A stretch of 64,000 nucleotides of DNA from Eledone cirrhosa (Eukaryota), in contig OZ024745.1 in NCBI GenBank assembly GCA_964016885.1, positions 87,048,001-87,112,000 of the forward strand, read 5' to 3'. Within the stretch, counting starts at the first letter, position 1; each line of letters starts with the position of its first letter. Position numbers and translations under genes: made by a program. Shown piece by piece: positions 38,297-58,239 of this stretch. The notes beneath the pieces are model-generated. The model had not been told where the DNA came from. It searched no databases and worked only from the letters and a program-made list of their open reading frames with translations.

Positions 38297-40720
38297 ATGG
38301 AAAAACAATACTTGGGGATTTCTTTAAAGAATATACCATTACCTTCTAAGGATGATTTCTTACTTCTTATGATACAAAAAACCAACCAATTTATCAGAAG
38401 AGTCAGATGGAGGGCCTACCACTTCGATAAAAAATCAAAATGTACAGATAGGAAATATCTGTTTGATTTCACGACATATAAAAATCCACCACATAACTCT
38501 TTACTTGAAAACTTTGAGAAAGACCTTTTTAATTTAATCAAACACCTCAAATTTAAGAGGTATAAATCTAACTTTCAAAAGGACCTTGATTCTACCCTAT
38601 TGGACCTAAAAAAATCTAAAAAAATCCATGTTCACTCGGACAAAACTGGAAACCTATATCACATGGATATTGAAAATTACAATGAGTTCATATATAAAGA
38701 ACTCAGGAAAAATTATAGAAAAACAAACAATGCGTCACTTACCAATATCAACAACAAAACACACAGCATAGTGAATAGACTTAATATTGAAGATAGAACT
38801 GAACCTTTGGCATTGAAAAGACCACATTTCAACCTGAAAGATCATAAATCAAACTTTAACTCTAATCCTTCTATAAGACTTATATGCCCTTCCAAATCTG
38901 ATATTGGAATAATTAGTAAAAAAATTTTAGATAGAGTCATCCCACAAATAAGAAAACATGTTAATTTACCACTCTGGGAAAACACATCCCAGGTAATTAA
39001 CTGGTTTAATAATATTAGATATAAATCCTCTGCTTCATTTCTACAATTTGATATAGATAATTACTATTCTTCTATATCACCTATACTCCTGAACAAAGCC
39101 TTGATATTTGCTAAAAATAGATCTAACTTAACTTTGGATGACATTAATATTATTACACATGCTAGGCTAACACTACTTGAATGTCAGAATGAATACTGGA
39201 CCAGAAACACATATAGTAATCTTTTTGATATTACTATGGGCTCAAGCGATTCTGCCCAAATTACTGATCTTGTGGGCCTCTTTCTTCTTTTTAACATAAA
39301 TGCTTCCTTTCCCCACCTTAAAGGTGGTTTATATCGTGACGACTGTCTTCTTCTTTCCAATAACCTTAGCCACTCAGAGATAGAAAAAAAATAAAAAGCT
39401 TATTAGAACTTTCCTTAAAGACTATTATAGTCTAGATATTACATTTGAAAACACAAGTAAAGTAGTTAATTTCCTAGATATAACATTAGACTTATCTACG
39501 GGTATCTACCAACCTTACCATAAACCCAACCAAAATTTACACTACATACACTCACAATCTAATCACCCTAAATCTATCCTTAAAAACCTTGCATATAATA
39601 TATCACTTAGAATTTCTAACCTTTCGTCTAACCAAGATGTATTTGATAAAAATGCGACATTTTATAACGAAGCTCTAGCTAGAAGTGGCCACAAAAATAG
39701 ATTAGTATATATACCTTCTACCAATAATACTACAAACATACAACCTAATATTACCAACAAACACCAAATGAAACGTACACACCTAAATGCCACTCACACT
39801 ATACCCCAAAATACCAACATAAAACCAAATTTCTCTAACTCCTCTAGTATACAGTATAGTAACTCTCAAAAAACTACTCATCATACAACTCTAATAAATG
39901 TTAATAATAAAACTCCTAATAAACAAGCTAAAACACCTAAATCAATAAATCTAACTAAAAATGTGTGTGGAGAGGTCATTAACAATAATTCTCCTAGTAA
40001 ACATCAGGATGCATCCTATAAAAACAATAGACAACATAGAAACCGTAATAGACGAGTTACTTGGTATAATGCTCCATTTAATTTACAAGTTAAGGATAAT
40101 ATACCTAGAAAATTCTTTAATATCCTAGAGAAAAACTTCCCGCCAAACCACAAATACCATCAAATCTTAAATAGATCAACAGTTAAATTCTCCTACTCAA
40201 CAACCAAAAACATAAAACAAAATATAAGTGCCTATAATGCATATAAATGTAAAAAAACCATTAGTATACCACCAGTACAGGATTCACGAAAAGTTGTAAC
40301 TGTAGAAACAAGGCAAACTGTCCATTAAAAGGAAATTGCCTTGTTAATAACATAATATATAAATGTAGAGTTAACACTAAGGACTCTATTTATTCATATA
40401 TAGGAGCTACCTCTAACAATTTTAAGGTAAGATTTAATACCCACAAACATAGTTTTAAAAATGCCGCACTAGCTAATACAACATCTCTAGCTGAAAAAAT
40501 TAATAGCTATAGAAAGGAGAATATAGAATATGACCTGACCTGGAGTGTGCTCAAAAGGGCCACCCCTTATCAAAATAGTAGAAATGAATGTAGATTGTGT
40601 TCCCAAGAACTTTTCGAAATAATGAAATCTAAGGATATCCTATTAAATAAGCGACAGGAATTAATAATATCGTGTAATCATAAACTGAGAAAAACATTTA
40701 AATATTATAAACCTAATTAA
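38297..40720 (+). mobile_element. Penelope-like element 1 (Naiad-like RT + GIY-YIG), frameshifted
   Basis: SLKNIP, MRWRA-like, SDKT, LKDHK, FDI, MGS, YRDD, FLD; linker WYNAPF; CNCRNKANCPLKGNC; YIG; frameshifts near A-runs at ~39385 and ~40255. Confidence 0.92.
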
Positions 40721-41410
40721 TATACACTTTAGAAATTAATATATAAATTAATTTTAATTTAGTTAACCTATAATTAATTGTTTCTACTTTAGGCACAAGG
40801 CCAGCAATTACCCAGTGCATTACTGGTACTTTATTTTATCGACCCCGTAAGGATGAAAGGCAAAGTCAACCTTGGCGGGATTTGAACTCAGATCGTAAAG
40901 GGACGTAACTATGCTGGAAAGCATGGCGTCCGACCCTCTACCGATACTGCCAATCCACATAGTTAACCTATAATTAATATTCTACTACAGATGAATTACA
41001 AAATTCTGCTTTAAATACTATAAACCTAATTAATATACACTTTAGAAATTAATATATAAACTATTTTTAATTTAGTTAACCTATAATTAATATTCTACTA
41101 CTGATGAACTACATAATTTGGCTTCCCTTCTTACAAATATCATTTCCTAAAACTGATACCATTAAGTAAACATATGTAATTATTTTTAATTTAGTTAACC
41201 TATAATTAATATTCTACTACTGATGAACTACATAATTCTGCTTTAAATATTATAAACCTAATTATTATACACCTTAGAAATTAATATATAAACTATTTTT
41301 ATTTTAGTTAACCTATAATTAATATTCTACTAATGATGAACTACATAATTTGGCTTTCCTTCTTACAAATACCATTTCCTAAAACTGATACCATTAAGTA
41401 AACATATATA
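40700..41410 (+). repeat. Tandem AT-rich repeats in the 3' UTR of Penelope 1
   Basis: TAGTTAACCTATAATTAATATTCTACTAC.GATGAA block repeated about 4-5 times. Confidence 0.7.
40779..40958 (-). mobile_element. tRNA-derived SINE with apparent 19-bp target-site duplication
   Basis: Family match; TAGTTAACCTATAATTAAT on both sides. Confidence 0.8.
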
Positions 41411-41577
41411 ATGCTTTAACTTCAGGTTATGTTTCTATGTTCCTTGAAACCTATATATAATTACTATTTCCCAATAATAAATTTAATCCCCCCCCCCTAA
41501 TAATTATATGTATATGTAAGTGTGGATGTGTGTGTATATAAGTGTGTATGTATGTGTGTATGTATGTGAGTGTAAAA

Positions 41578-41608
<31 letters not shown>

Positions 41609-41695
41609 TATGTGTGTATACGTGTGTATGTGTGTGTATATATATATATATATATGTCTGTGTGTGTGTGTATGTATATGTACATATGTATATGC

Positions 41696-41749
<54 letters not shown>

Positions 41750-42590
41750 GTATATGTTTGTGTGTGTATGTGTATGTATGTGTATATATATATATATGTA
41801 TATGTATGTGGGTGTGTATGTATGTATGTATATGTAGGTATATATATGTATATATATATATATATATATCATTTTTATATTCTTTTAATCTCCCCGCATC
41901 CTTAATACCACTTTTCAACTGCATCTAACTCTTATTTATCATATCTATATGTATTAGTATAGTTTTATCAATATAAATATACCCATCAATTAAATTAATT
42001 TTATATCCTTTTCATAGATGTATTTTTTTCACTAACATCCTTATCTTAAGACTCTGGTCACCTTAGATATTTGTATTGGCATCACTATTTTATAACAGCA
42101 ACTGCTTGTATACCTTCTACTGACCACCTGACCTAGTTTCACCCCTAAAATAAGTTTCAATTACTACTATTTTACCATTTGGCCAATTATTGATTAATTC
42201 TAAACCTCTTAACAAACAGACAGAATTTATTTGATCTTTGTTGGTTAAATTCAATTAACAAAATAAAATTATTTCTGAGGTCAACATATGACCTACTCCT
42301 ACCCTAAAGTAATCCATTATTATATTGGATCTTTGTTGGTTTTATTCAATGAACAAATAAAATTATCTCTGAGGTCAACATATGACCTACTTCTTCCCTA
42401 AAGTAATCCTTCATTCATAATACTCTTTTCCATCCAAAACTGAAATCTACCTTCTTCTACCCATAATTTAACGTTCTTCTAATACTGTATCACTATCTTG
42501 GCCCTCACTATCTCCTGATTGGTCAATTCAAAACCTGTTCCCAAACAGACCTATTGTATTGAATCTTTGTTCTTATCAATAAACAAGTAT

Positions 42591-42730
42591 CATTATTTCT
42601 GAAGACAGCATATATATGTGAAGGTATGTATATTCCCTCTGATAGTTTGTATAAATATTGTACATAGATCTATAGAATATGCATACCAATTCTGACACAT
42701 ATATATCCTAGAAACGATAGTGAAATAATG
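42591..42730 (+). ncRNA. Degenerate HHR with long stem II, probable 3' pLTR of Penelope 1
   Basis: CATTATTT-CTGAAGA-…ATATATATGTG…CACATATATAT…-GAAA-CGATAG-TG-AAATAATG; 8-bp stem I but non-cleavable UG. Confidence 0.55.
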
Positions 42731-42862
42731 AATTTTTTTAATATAAGGAACTGTTTCTTTGTTTATTCATTATTTTTTTAATAATTTATATATATATATA
42801 TATTTATATATATATGTATATATATATATGTGTGTGTATATATATATATGTGTATATATATT

Positions 42863-42911
<49 letters not shown>

Positions 42912-42938
42912 GTACACACATATATATATATATATGTT

Positions 42939-42979
<41 letters not shown>

Positions 42980-43042
42980 GTATATATATTTATATATGTG
43001 TGTATATGTGTATATATATATGTGTATATATATATATATATA

Positions 43043-43155
43043 GTTGAAATAAAATGAAAACGAAATTTCATTTCTCACTCTTAGTACGGCACTTACTTAA
43101 ATGTAAGTATGTGTGTATACGTACATACATATATGTATACAGACGTACAGTAGCA

Positions 43156-43197
<42 letters not shown>

Positions 43198-44577
43198 TAC
43201 ATACAGGTACACATACATATATGCACGTATCAGTTTAGCGGACGCTTATTATAACGCCGCTTTGTTCGTTTGTAAACAAACTGAACAGCCTGAATTTTTA
43301 TGCCGTACGGTGTTAAGGCAACCACGTCACCTTTTTGTTCAACACTGACACAGGAACGATGTACTAGTTTCAAGCTTGTTAGCTATCATCAGCACCGTAT
43401 ACCCATCTGCCAGATAGTTGAACGTTCGAAAGTATATACTTTCCTTATGAAAATTAACGGCTGAGGAGCCTAATTTGCATATCGAGTGAGCTAAGTCGGT
43501 CAGGCATACCGAAAACGATCAGTTGAAATAAAATGAAAACGAAATTTTATTTCTCACTCTTAGTACGGCACTTACTTAAATGTAAGTATGTGTGTATACG
43601 TACATACATATATGTATACAGACGTACAGTAGCATGCATATATATTATATATATATATATATATATACATATATACATACAGGTACACATACATATATGC
43701 ACGTATCAGTTTAGCGGACGCTTATTATAACGCCGCTTTGTTCGTTTGTAAACAAACTGAACAGCCTGAATTTTTATGCCGTACGGTGTTAAGGCAACCA
43801 CGTCACTTTTTTGTTCAACACTGACACAGGAACGATGTACTAGTTTCAAGCTTGTTAGCTATCATCAGCACCGTATACCCATCTGCCAGATAGTTGAACG
43901 TTCGAAAGTATATACTTTCCTTATGAAAATTAACGGCTGAGGAGCCTAATTTGCATATCGAGTGAGCTAAGTCGGTCAGGCATACCGAAAACGATCAGTT
44001 GAAATAAAATGAAAACGAAATTTCATTTCTCACTCTTAGTACGGCACTTACTTAAATGTAAGTATGTGTGTATACGTACATACATATATGTATACAGACG
44101 TACAGTAGCATGCATATATATATATATATATATACATATATACGTACAGGTACACATACATATATGCACGTATCAGTTTAGCGGACGCTTATTATAACGC
44201 CGCTTTGTTCGTTTGTAAACAAACTGAACAGCCTGAATTTTTATGCCGTACGGTGTTAAGGCAACCACGTCACCTTTTTGTTCAACACTGACACAGGAAC
44301 GATGTACTAGTTTCAAGGTTGTTAGCTATCATCAGCACCGTATAGCCATCTGCCAGATAGTTGAACGTTCGAAAGTATATACTTTCCTTATGAAAATTAA
44401 CGGCTGAGGAGCCTAATTTGCATATCGAGTGAGCTAAGTCGGTCAGGCATACCGAAAACGATCAGTTGAAATAAAATGAAAACGAAATTTTATTTCTCAC
44501 TCTTAGTACGGCACTTACTTAAATGTAAGTATGTGTGTATACGTACATACATATATGTATACAGACGTACAGTAGCA

Positions 44578-44615
<38 letters not shown>

Positions 44616-45268
44616 TACATACAGGTACACATACATATATGCACGTATCAGTTTAGCGGACGCTTATTATAACGCCGCTTTGTTCGTTTGTAAACAAACT
44701 GAACAGCCTGAATTTTTATGCCGTACGGTGTTAAGGCAACCACGTCACCTTTTTGTTCAACACTGACACAGGAACGATGTACTAGTTTCAAGCTTGTTAG
44801 CTATCATCAGCACCGTATAGCCATCTGCCAGATAGTTGAACGTTCGAAAGTATATACTTTCCTTATGAAAATTAACGGCTGAGGAGCCTAATTTGCATAT
44901 CGAGTGAGCTAAGTCGGTCAGGCATACCGAAAACGATCAGTTGAAATAAAATGAAACGTTCAACTATCTGGCAGATGGGTATACGGTGCTGATGATAGCT
45001 AACAAGCTTGAAACTAGTACATCGTTCCTGTGTCAGTGTTGAACAAAAAGGTGACGTGGTTGCCTTAACACCGTACGGCATAAAAATTCAGGCTGTTCAG
45101 TTTGTTTACAAACGAACAAAGCGGCGTTATAATAAGCGTCCGCTAAACTGATACGTGCATATATGTATGTGTACCTGTATGTATATATGTATATATATAT
45201 ATATATATATATGCATGCTACTGTACGTCTGTATACATATATGTATGTACGTATACACACATACCTAC

Positions 45269-45270
<2 letters not shown>
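43043..45270 (-). repeat. Hammerhead satellite: four near-identical tandem units (467-479 bp) plus an inverted partial unit
   Basis: Unit starts at 43054, 43533, 44009 and 44476. HHRs at 43356-43398, 43832-43874, 44299-44341, 44774-44816(-) and 44983-45025(+): ACGGTG-CTGATGA-TAGCT aaca AGCTT-GAAA-CTAG-TA-CATCGT. Confidence 0.92.
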
Positions 45271-45324
<54 letters not shown>

Positions 45325-45371
45325 GTATATATATGTGTATATATATGTATATATGTACATATATATGTATA

Positions 45372-45442
<71 letters not shown>

Positions 45443-45593
45443 GTATATATAAGGTTATATATATGTATATATGTACATATATATGTATATATATGTATGT
45501 ATATGTGTATATATATATTTGTGTATATGTATATATATATATGTATGTATATGTGTTTGTATATATTAATATGTATGTATATTTGTCTGTATA

Positions 45594-45624
<31 letters not shown>

Positions 45625-45652
45625 GTATATACATATATATGTATATATGTCT

Positions 45653-45686
<34 letters not shown>

Positions 45687-45740
45687 GTGTATATATGTAT
45701 TATATATGTGTGTGTATGTGTATATGTATATATATGTATA

Positions 45741-45793
<53 letters not shown>

Positions 45794-45915
45794 ATATATA
45801 TATGTATGTACATGCATGTATGTGTGTGTATTTATATGTGTATGTTTATATATGTATATATATATATATATATATGTGTTTGTATGTGTGTGTATATATA
45901 TATATATATATATCA

Positions 45916-45958
<43 letters not shown>

Positions 45959-45964
45959 TGTATG

Positions 45965-46040
<76 letters not shown>

Positions 46041-46077
46041 TCAGAGCAAACAGCACGGACACTCTATCTCAAAATTA

Positions 46078-46115
46078 TTTTTGAAAAGCATTTAGAAATG
46101 CGCAACCGGTAAAAA
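46078..46115 (+). ncRNA. Second U3-A8 hammerhead variant (degenerate)
   Basis: TTT-TTGAAAA-GCATT taga AATGC-GCAA-CCGG-TA-AAA; GCAA in place of GAAA. Confidence 0.45.
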
Positions 46116-46232
46116 CTTAAAAACTTAAAACCACAACTGAATACTAACCCATACAATCACTAATACTCTTTTATTCCTAATTAAACCATTTTTCAACTGT
46201 GAACAATTTGTCAGCATTTTCTATTCCGTTTA

Positions 46233-50930
<4,698 letters not shown>

Positions 50931-50996
50931 ATTAAGCTCTGTTGCATACATAGAGCACTCTTTTTTCCTGGACTTTTCCGATGGAATTACTTCATT

Positions 50997-51036
<40 letters not shown>

Positions 51037-51684
51037 AATATACGTATATATATATGTATATATATACATATATATATATGGTGGCTGCCAACTCGTTTTC
51101 GAGTACGACCACTACCTTATATCCATGTAGGAGAACTCCTACCGATGCGCTGAACGAGTGTGACTTTTTAGTCCAGCCAGCGACTTGAAAACTCTGGTAC
51201 AAACACTACACTTGTGACAATTATTGACACATAGTGCTGGGCCTATGGTACCATGTTAGTACAAGTGCAGAGAGATCTCCAGATATAAAGCAATGCCTGT
51301 GCCGTGAAGCTTTTATAGTGAGCAAAGGCACTGCACAAAGCCAGTCCCACTCGCTTAACCAAGATGATATTTACCAAAAAGAAGAACATGTCAACATCAT
51401 TGGATACCATCAGAGTTGTAGTTGTTATATCAGAGTTTTCCTTCACTTAGAATTCTGCCTTGACAAAGGCTAAGGAGTCATCTCTCCCGGTGATTTTGGA
51501 CGGCCATTGACTCTTAAGAGCTCCTTTACCCTTTGACAGGTTTTGTTTTTAGTCCTGCAGGATGTCCAAAGTCACCCTCCTCACCAAGAAACCTTGGTGG
51601 GGTTGCCAGTTTAGTCGCCAACGACCCGACCATGAGACAGGTTGTACTGGGATACATGTTACCAGTAGCACCAACTGGTGACCT

Positions 51685-51744
<60 letters not shown>

Positions 51745-51747
<3 letters not shown>

Positions 51748-52392
51748 CAATTTAAAAAAATATGATCAACACTAATGTGTTTTTGCAAAATGACAATAAT
51801 TTTTTAGCCAGATAGAAATACCTTAATTCAAGTACATATAGTCCGCCTGTATCGATCTCGGAAATATTAAATATTAAATCTATACTTACAGACGTAAAAT
51901 AGCAACTGCCTGGTGCCTAGACAAGTTTAAATTTCAAAATTCAAACCTCTTCAGCAGATCGGTCGGAACTTCAAAACATAAACCTGTTTCACAAGGGATG
52001 GTAAACTAATGAAATAATTAATTAATTACTGAACAACTATTTATAAAATAATTATTAGTGAAGTAATGAATTTTCTGTGATTTACAATAGGCACCCAGAA
52101 ATTATAGTTATTTCTCCTAAGATAACACTCTTAAGACTGATCTGTCGCAAGCCTAATACATGTGCTTTTGCACACGACCTTCTCAGCGTTCTGGCTCATA
52201 TCCATGGCGCTAGAAATAACAGCCGTAATTATGGGATTTTGAATTCAGCTCTACCGGAGGAGCAGATTTATTTCAATTTAGAAGTCAAATAAAATACTTA
52301 AGCTCTGAGAAAATATTTCTGAGCATTACATTACAATTAAAAAAAATATGATCAACACTAATGTGTTTTTGCAAAATGACAATAATTTTTTA
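51745..52392 (-). mobile_element. Short element with ~60-bp terminal direct repeats and a degenerate HHR (51843-51962)
   Basis: TTACAATT..AAAAATATGATCAACACTAATGTG… at both ends. Minus strand reads TCTG-CTGAAGA-GG…CC-GAGA-TCGA-TA-CAGG. Confidence 0.5.
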
Positions 52393-52530
52393 TTTTTTAT
52401 TTTTTATTTATTTATTTTTTTTTTAATACATATATATATGTATATATATATGTATATATATATATATGTATTTATATATACATATATATATACATATATA
52501 TATATACATACACACATACACACATATATT

Positions 52531-52562
<32 letters not shown>

Positions 52563-52633
52563 CACACACATACACATATATATACTGTGTAACACTGTGT
52601 AACACACTTCTCTTTGTGTAATATATTTATATT

Positions 52634-52666
<33 letters not shown>

Positions 52667-52667
52667 G

Positions 52668-52702
<35 letters not shown>

Positions 52703-52719
52703 ATATATATATGTATATA

Positions 52720-52813
<94 letters not shown>

Positions 52814-52817
<4 letters not shown>

Positions 52818-53690
52818 GACGTAAAATAAGAAACTTATAAAAATTAACTTACTTACTAAAATTTCACTCCAACTAATTAGTTTCTGAAAGGGATTAAACA
52901 TGGTTTCCGAAGAAACGCACGGAGAAGTCCTTTCGTCATCATGGAAGTCTATTCTCAGCTAAGTTTCCAGACAATGCGTGGGCACCGGGAACTTATACAA
53001 AAATAATTCAGTGGATAGAAAAATGCAAAGCGTGGACTAAGTTCCAAGACATTGAAAAAATCACTGCCTACTCGGTCGGTGGCAAATTCAAAAGAATCAA
53101 TCACGTGACATCGAGGTTAATCAGTGAGGAGTGGTTTGTTAAGAAGACAGCAGCCGAACCATTACTATGGACTATAGTAGCAGTTTTGGCAAATTTTGGC
53201 TCAACAAAATAATTTGGAGATAATTATAAAGAATTAGTATATCTACTAACATATATATACAGATGCATACCTATGCCAGCAAATATATAGGTTTTGTCTT
53301 AGTAACTTTGTGGTTCAATGCATGGGGATGCAGAACAATAATATGAAAGATGTAAAATAAGAAAATTATAAAAATTAACTTACTAAAATTTCACTCCAAC
53401 TAATTAGTTTCTGAAAGGGAATAAACATGGTTACCGAAGAAACGCACAGAGAAGTCCTTTCGTCATCAGGGAAGTCTATTCTGAGCTAAGTTTCCAGGCA
53501 ATGCGTGGGAACAGGGAACTTATACAAAAATAATTCAGTGGATGGAAAAAAGCAAAGCGTGGACTAACTTCCAAGACATTGAAAAAATCACTGCCTACTC
53601 GGTCGGTGCCAAATTCAAAAGAATCAATCACGTGACATCGAGGTTAATCAGTGAGGAGTGGTTTGTTAAGAAGACAGCAGCCGAACCATC
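52814..53690 (-). repeat. Direct repeat (period 527 bp), each copy with an HHR motif
   Basis: 53393-53476(-): CTTCC-CTGATGA-cGAAAGG…CCTTTCa-GAAA-CTAATTAG-TT-GGAG. The copy at 52866-52949 has core ATGATGA. Confidence 0.75.
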
Positions 53691-53758
53691 CCACTTCCCA
53701 CCCTCTCCAACCACCTGAAAAGATATAAATACCACAACATTTATTTTGGACAGCCAGC

Positions 53759-53803
53759 TTCCTGATGATTTATAAAGAATGAAACAGTTCTAGTCCTGTA
53801 GAA
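53759..53803 (+). ncRNA. Possible type I hammerhead
   Basis: TTC-CTGATGA-tttataaagaat-GAAA-CAG ttctagtc CTG-TA-GAA; stem II weak. Confidence 0.45.
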
Positions 53804-53994
53804 TCTCATCTATATTAAAACTTTTATACTCTGCTATGTATTGAGTACCTTACTTACTGTGGTTACCTCCGATTCAACCCGGAATAACTTACCTATATAT
53901 TGTATATATATATGATATATATATATATATTATATATATATATTATATATATAAATATATTATATATATAAATATATATATATATTATATATAT

Positions 53995-54470
53995 GATTTT
54001 AAATAAATGGAAACTATATTTATAAAACCATAGTTATTTCGTTATATATATTTCAGGGATATCATATTAACAATATGTTATGCCTTCTTCAGACAAAATA
54101 CAATATAAACAGTCTTATAAATAAATAGATACGACATACCTTTCAATCACCTTGCATTTGGGAGGTTGATTTGGCAGATCAACCTCCCAAATCAACCTGC
54201 CAAATCAACCTCCCAAATGCAAGGTGATTGAAAGGTATGTCGTATCTATTTATTTATAAGACTGTTTATATTGTATTTTGTCTGAAGAAGGCATAACATA
54301 CTGTTAATATGATATCCCTGAAATATATATAACGAAATAAATATGGTTTTATAAATATAGTTTCCATTTATTTAATATCATAAATATACTCCAAATACTT
54401 GTTGAGTGCTTTTATATCAGTTATAAATATTTACTCGTTGTTAACCCAACAATTTAAATATAACTTTCCA
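53995..54470. repeat. Fold-back of an HHR-bearing element embedded in (AT)n
   Basis: ~170-bp inverted arms. HHRs at 54035-54100(-) and 54274-54339(+): TATTTTGT-CTGAAGA-AGG…CCT-GAAA-TATATA-TA-ACGAAATA. Confidence 0.85.
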
Positions 54471-54653
54471 TATATATTATATATATATATTATATATACA
54501 TTATATATATATATTATATATATATTATATATTATATATATATATATATATTATATATATATATTATATATATATTATATATATATATTATATATATTAT
54601 ATATATATATTATATATACACATATATATATATTATATATATATTATATATTA

Positions 54654-54748
<95 letters not shown>

Positions 54749-55164
54749 ATATATTATATATATATATTATATATATATATATATATTATATATATATATT
54801 ATATATATATATGATATATATATATTATATATATATATATATATATTTTATATATATATATATTTTATAAATATATCTATAACCAAAATTAAGATAAATT
54901 AAATGAATTTAATCCAAATCGATTATATTTTATATATATATATTTTATATATATATATATATTTTATATATATATATATTATATATATAGATGTTATATA
55001 TTATATATACATTATATATGTGTATGTTATATATTATATATATATTATATATATTTATATATTATATATATATTATATATATATATATTATATATTTTAT
55101 GTATATATTATATATATATAACTTTCATAACTTTGATAGGTTTCGGCCAGTTTTGGCCTAGGCC

Positions 55165-55915
55165 ATGTATCGGGAAGTTTGTTTACAAACACACGCTGCA
55201 TTATAATAAATGTTCGGTGAATCCATACCTACATATATATATGTATATATATATACATACTACTGTACGTCTGTATACATATATGTATGTACGTATACAT
55301 ACTTATATTTAAGTAACAGCCGTACTAAGAGTGAGAAATGAAATTTCGTATCATTTTTTCCGTTTATCGTTTTCTGTGCGCCCGGCCGATTAACTCACTC
55401 GATATGCAAATTAGGATGCTCAGCCGTTAATATGCATATGGAAAGTATATACTTTCAGACGTTCAATCATCTGGAAGGAAGGTATACGTTGCTGGCGATA
55501 GCTAATATGATTGAAACTAGTACAGCGTTCATTTGTCAGTGTTGAACAAATGGGCAACGATGGTTCCTAGACACTGTCCGGCTTAATTCGGGATGTTTGT
55601 TTACAAACACACCGAGCATTATAATAAATGTTCGGTGAATCCATACGTACATGTATATATGTGTGCATGTTTGTATATATATATATATACATACTAATGT
55701 ACATCTGTATACATATATGTATGTACGTATACATAGTTATATGTAAGTAACAGCCGTCCTAAGAGTGAGAAATGAAATTTCGTTTCATTTTTTCCGTTTA
55801 TTGTTTTCGGCACCCCGGCCTATTAACTCACTCGATATGCAAATTAGGCTGCTCTGCCGTTAATATGCATAAGGAAAGAATATACTTTCAGACGTTCAAT
55901 CATCTTGCAGGAACG
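55165..55915 (+). repeat. Hammerhead satellite, ~1.6 forward units
   Basis: Family match; HHR at 55486-55528 is mutated (CTGGCGA, broken stem II). Confidence 0.85.
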
Positions 55916-56059
55916 TATATATATTATATATATTATATATATATATATTTTATATATATATATATATATATTATATATATTATATATATATGATATATAT
56001 TATATATATATTATATATTATATATATATATATATTATATATTATATATAGATATATAT

Positions 56060-56090
<31 letters not shown>

Positions 56091-56271
56091 ATATATATAT
56101 ATATTATATATATATATATATTATATATAAATTCTCTATATATTATATATATATATTATATATATATTATATATATATATAATATATATCTATATATAAT
56201 ATATAATATATATCTATATATAATATATAATATATATATATATATAATATATGGCGGTGGATTGGGAGTAT

Positions 56272-56440
56272 CGGTAGAGGGTCGGACGCCATGCTTTCCA
56301 GCATAGTTACGTCCCTTTATGATCTGAGTTCAAATCCCGCCGCGGTTGACTTTGCCTTTCATCCTTACGGGGTCGATAAAATAAAGTACCAGTAATGCAC
56401 TGGGTGATTGCTGGCCTTGTGCCTAAAGTAGAAACAATTA
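56272..56440 (+). mobile_element. tRNA-derived SINE, full length, inserted in (AT)n
   Basis: GGCGGTGGATTGG head, GAGTTCAAATCCC B-box, conserved central domain. Confidence 0.85.
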
Positions 56441-57126
56441 TATATATATTATATATATTAGTGATATATGTCTCATTCATGAATATTGATATCTACATTG
56501 TAATACCTAATTCATATGAATTGATAATTATAATCGATGAGACATAATATTTTAAATATATTTTAAACATATCATCTTTCTTTCTTTTTCTCCTCTACAC
56601 TTGACGGGACTTATATATCGGCTGTTTTTTTAACTGTATCTCTCTCACCTCGTATGATAGATATTACTCGATCTACCTCTTTTCTCCCACCACATATATC
56701 TCTCTCTACCTCTCTTTATTTATCATATCTCTCTCCGTATCCTTAACACTATAACTAAATAAATAAATAAATAAATAAATAATTACAGTACCCCCTTCCC
56801 TCCTTAATATCTCATTTGTACGGTGATCATCTGTATCCAAGCTGCCTATCATTTTTCACTCCCTCAATATATTTCTCTCTCCCATATCTCTTTCTCTCTA
56901 TCTCGCTCTGTTGCTTTCTTTGCATACATCTCTTCATCTTCTTCTCTAACTGTCCTTAGCGCTATACACTTTCTTTCTTCTTCCCTTCTTTTTTTTTTTT
57001 TTTTTTTTCCTCTTCGTCCTTCTTTTTTAACTGTCCTCAACATTTTCACTACCAAATCAACTTTTTAAATGGAAGTTGCACTGTTCTAGGTATGTCAAAT
57101 TTATTTATAAAACGGTTTATATATTG

Positions 57127-57192
57127 TATTTTGTCTGAGGAAGGCATACCATATTTTTAATATGGTATCCCTGAAATATATATAATGAAATA
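57127..57192 (+). ncRNA. Minimal type I hammerhead (54-kb family)
   Basis: TATTTTGT-CTGAGGA-AGG c ATACCATATT..AATATGGTAT c CCT-GAAA-TATATA-TA-ATGAAATA. Confidence 0.8.
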
Positions 57193-58092
57193 AATATGGT
57201 TTTATAAATATAGTTTCCATTTGTTTAATATCGTAAACCTACTCCAAAATCTGTTGAGTGCTTTTATATCAGTTATAAAATATTTACTCGTTGTAACCCT
57301 ACAATTTTAAATAAAACTTTTGCATATATAAATATATATATTATATATAATATATATATATTATATATATATATATATAATATATATTATATATATATAT
57401 ATTATATATATTATTATATATATATATTATATATTATATATATATTATATATATTGATTATATATATATATTATATATATATATTATATATATATATTTT
57501 ATATATATATTATATATATTTATTATATATATATATTATATATATAGTGATGAAACATAAGTCAATTTGATGAACTCATAATCCTTTATTTACTGCTATA
57601 TATATTTCGATGATAGCCATTGAATGGCTATGACCTCATAAGTCTGTTAATCAGTTCTTAGCTATGCCAGCTCTGTGTTTATAGTGTTGATGGTATCAGA
57701 GCCTTGGGACATATCATATGTATATATTACATATCATATGTATATATTATATATATATATATTATATATATATATATATTATATATATATTTTATATATA
57801 TATATTATATATATATATTATATATATATATTATATATATATATATCATATATTTAAATTATATATATATTATATATATATATATTATATATATTATATA
57901 TATTATATATATATATTATATATATATATTTTATATATATATTATATATATATATTATATATATATATTATATATATAAGCATATATTATTATTTATATA
58001 TATTATTTATATATTATATATATATATTATTTATATATTATATATATATATATTATATATTATATATATATATTATATATATTATATATAGA

Positions 58093-58161
<69 letters not shown>

Positions 58162-58239
58162 TTAAAAAGTTGCTTTTAAATGGAAGTTGAAGTTGTAAGG
58201 TATGTCAAATCTATCTATTTATAAGACTGTTTATATTGG

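Noticed and set aside
41095-41345. Repeated CTGATGA motifs as hammerheads
   Set aside because: No paired stem II followed by GAAA and stem III.
43043-44950. CRISPR-like array
   Set aside because: Whole ~470-bp units repeat with no unique spacers, in a eukaryotic context.
51410-51690. Possible LINE 5' UTR with an HDV-like ribozyme
   Set aside because: Could not build the nested double pseudoknot by eye; left unassigned.
57590-57650. Minus-strand HHR-like motif CTTATGA…GAAATATATATA
   Set aside because: G5 is mutated and stem I does not pair; at most a relic.
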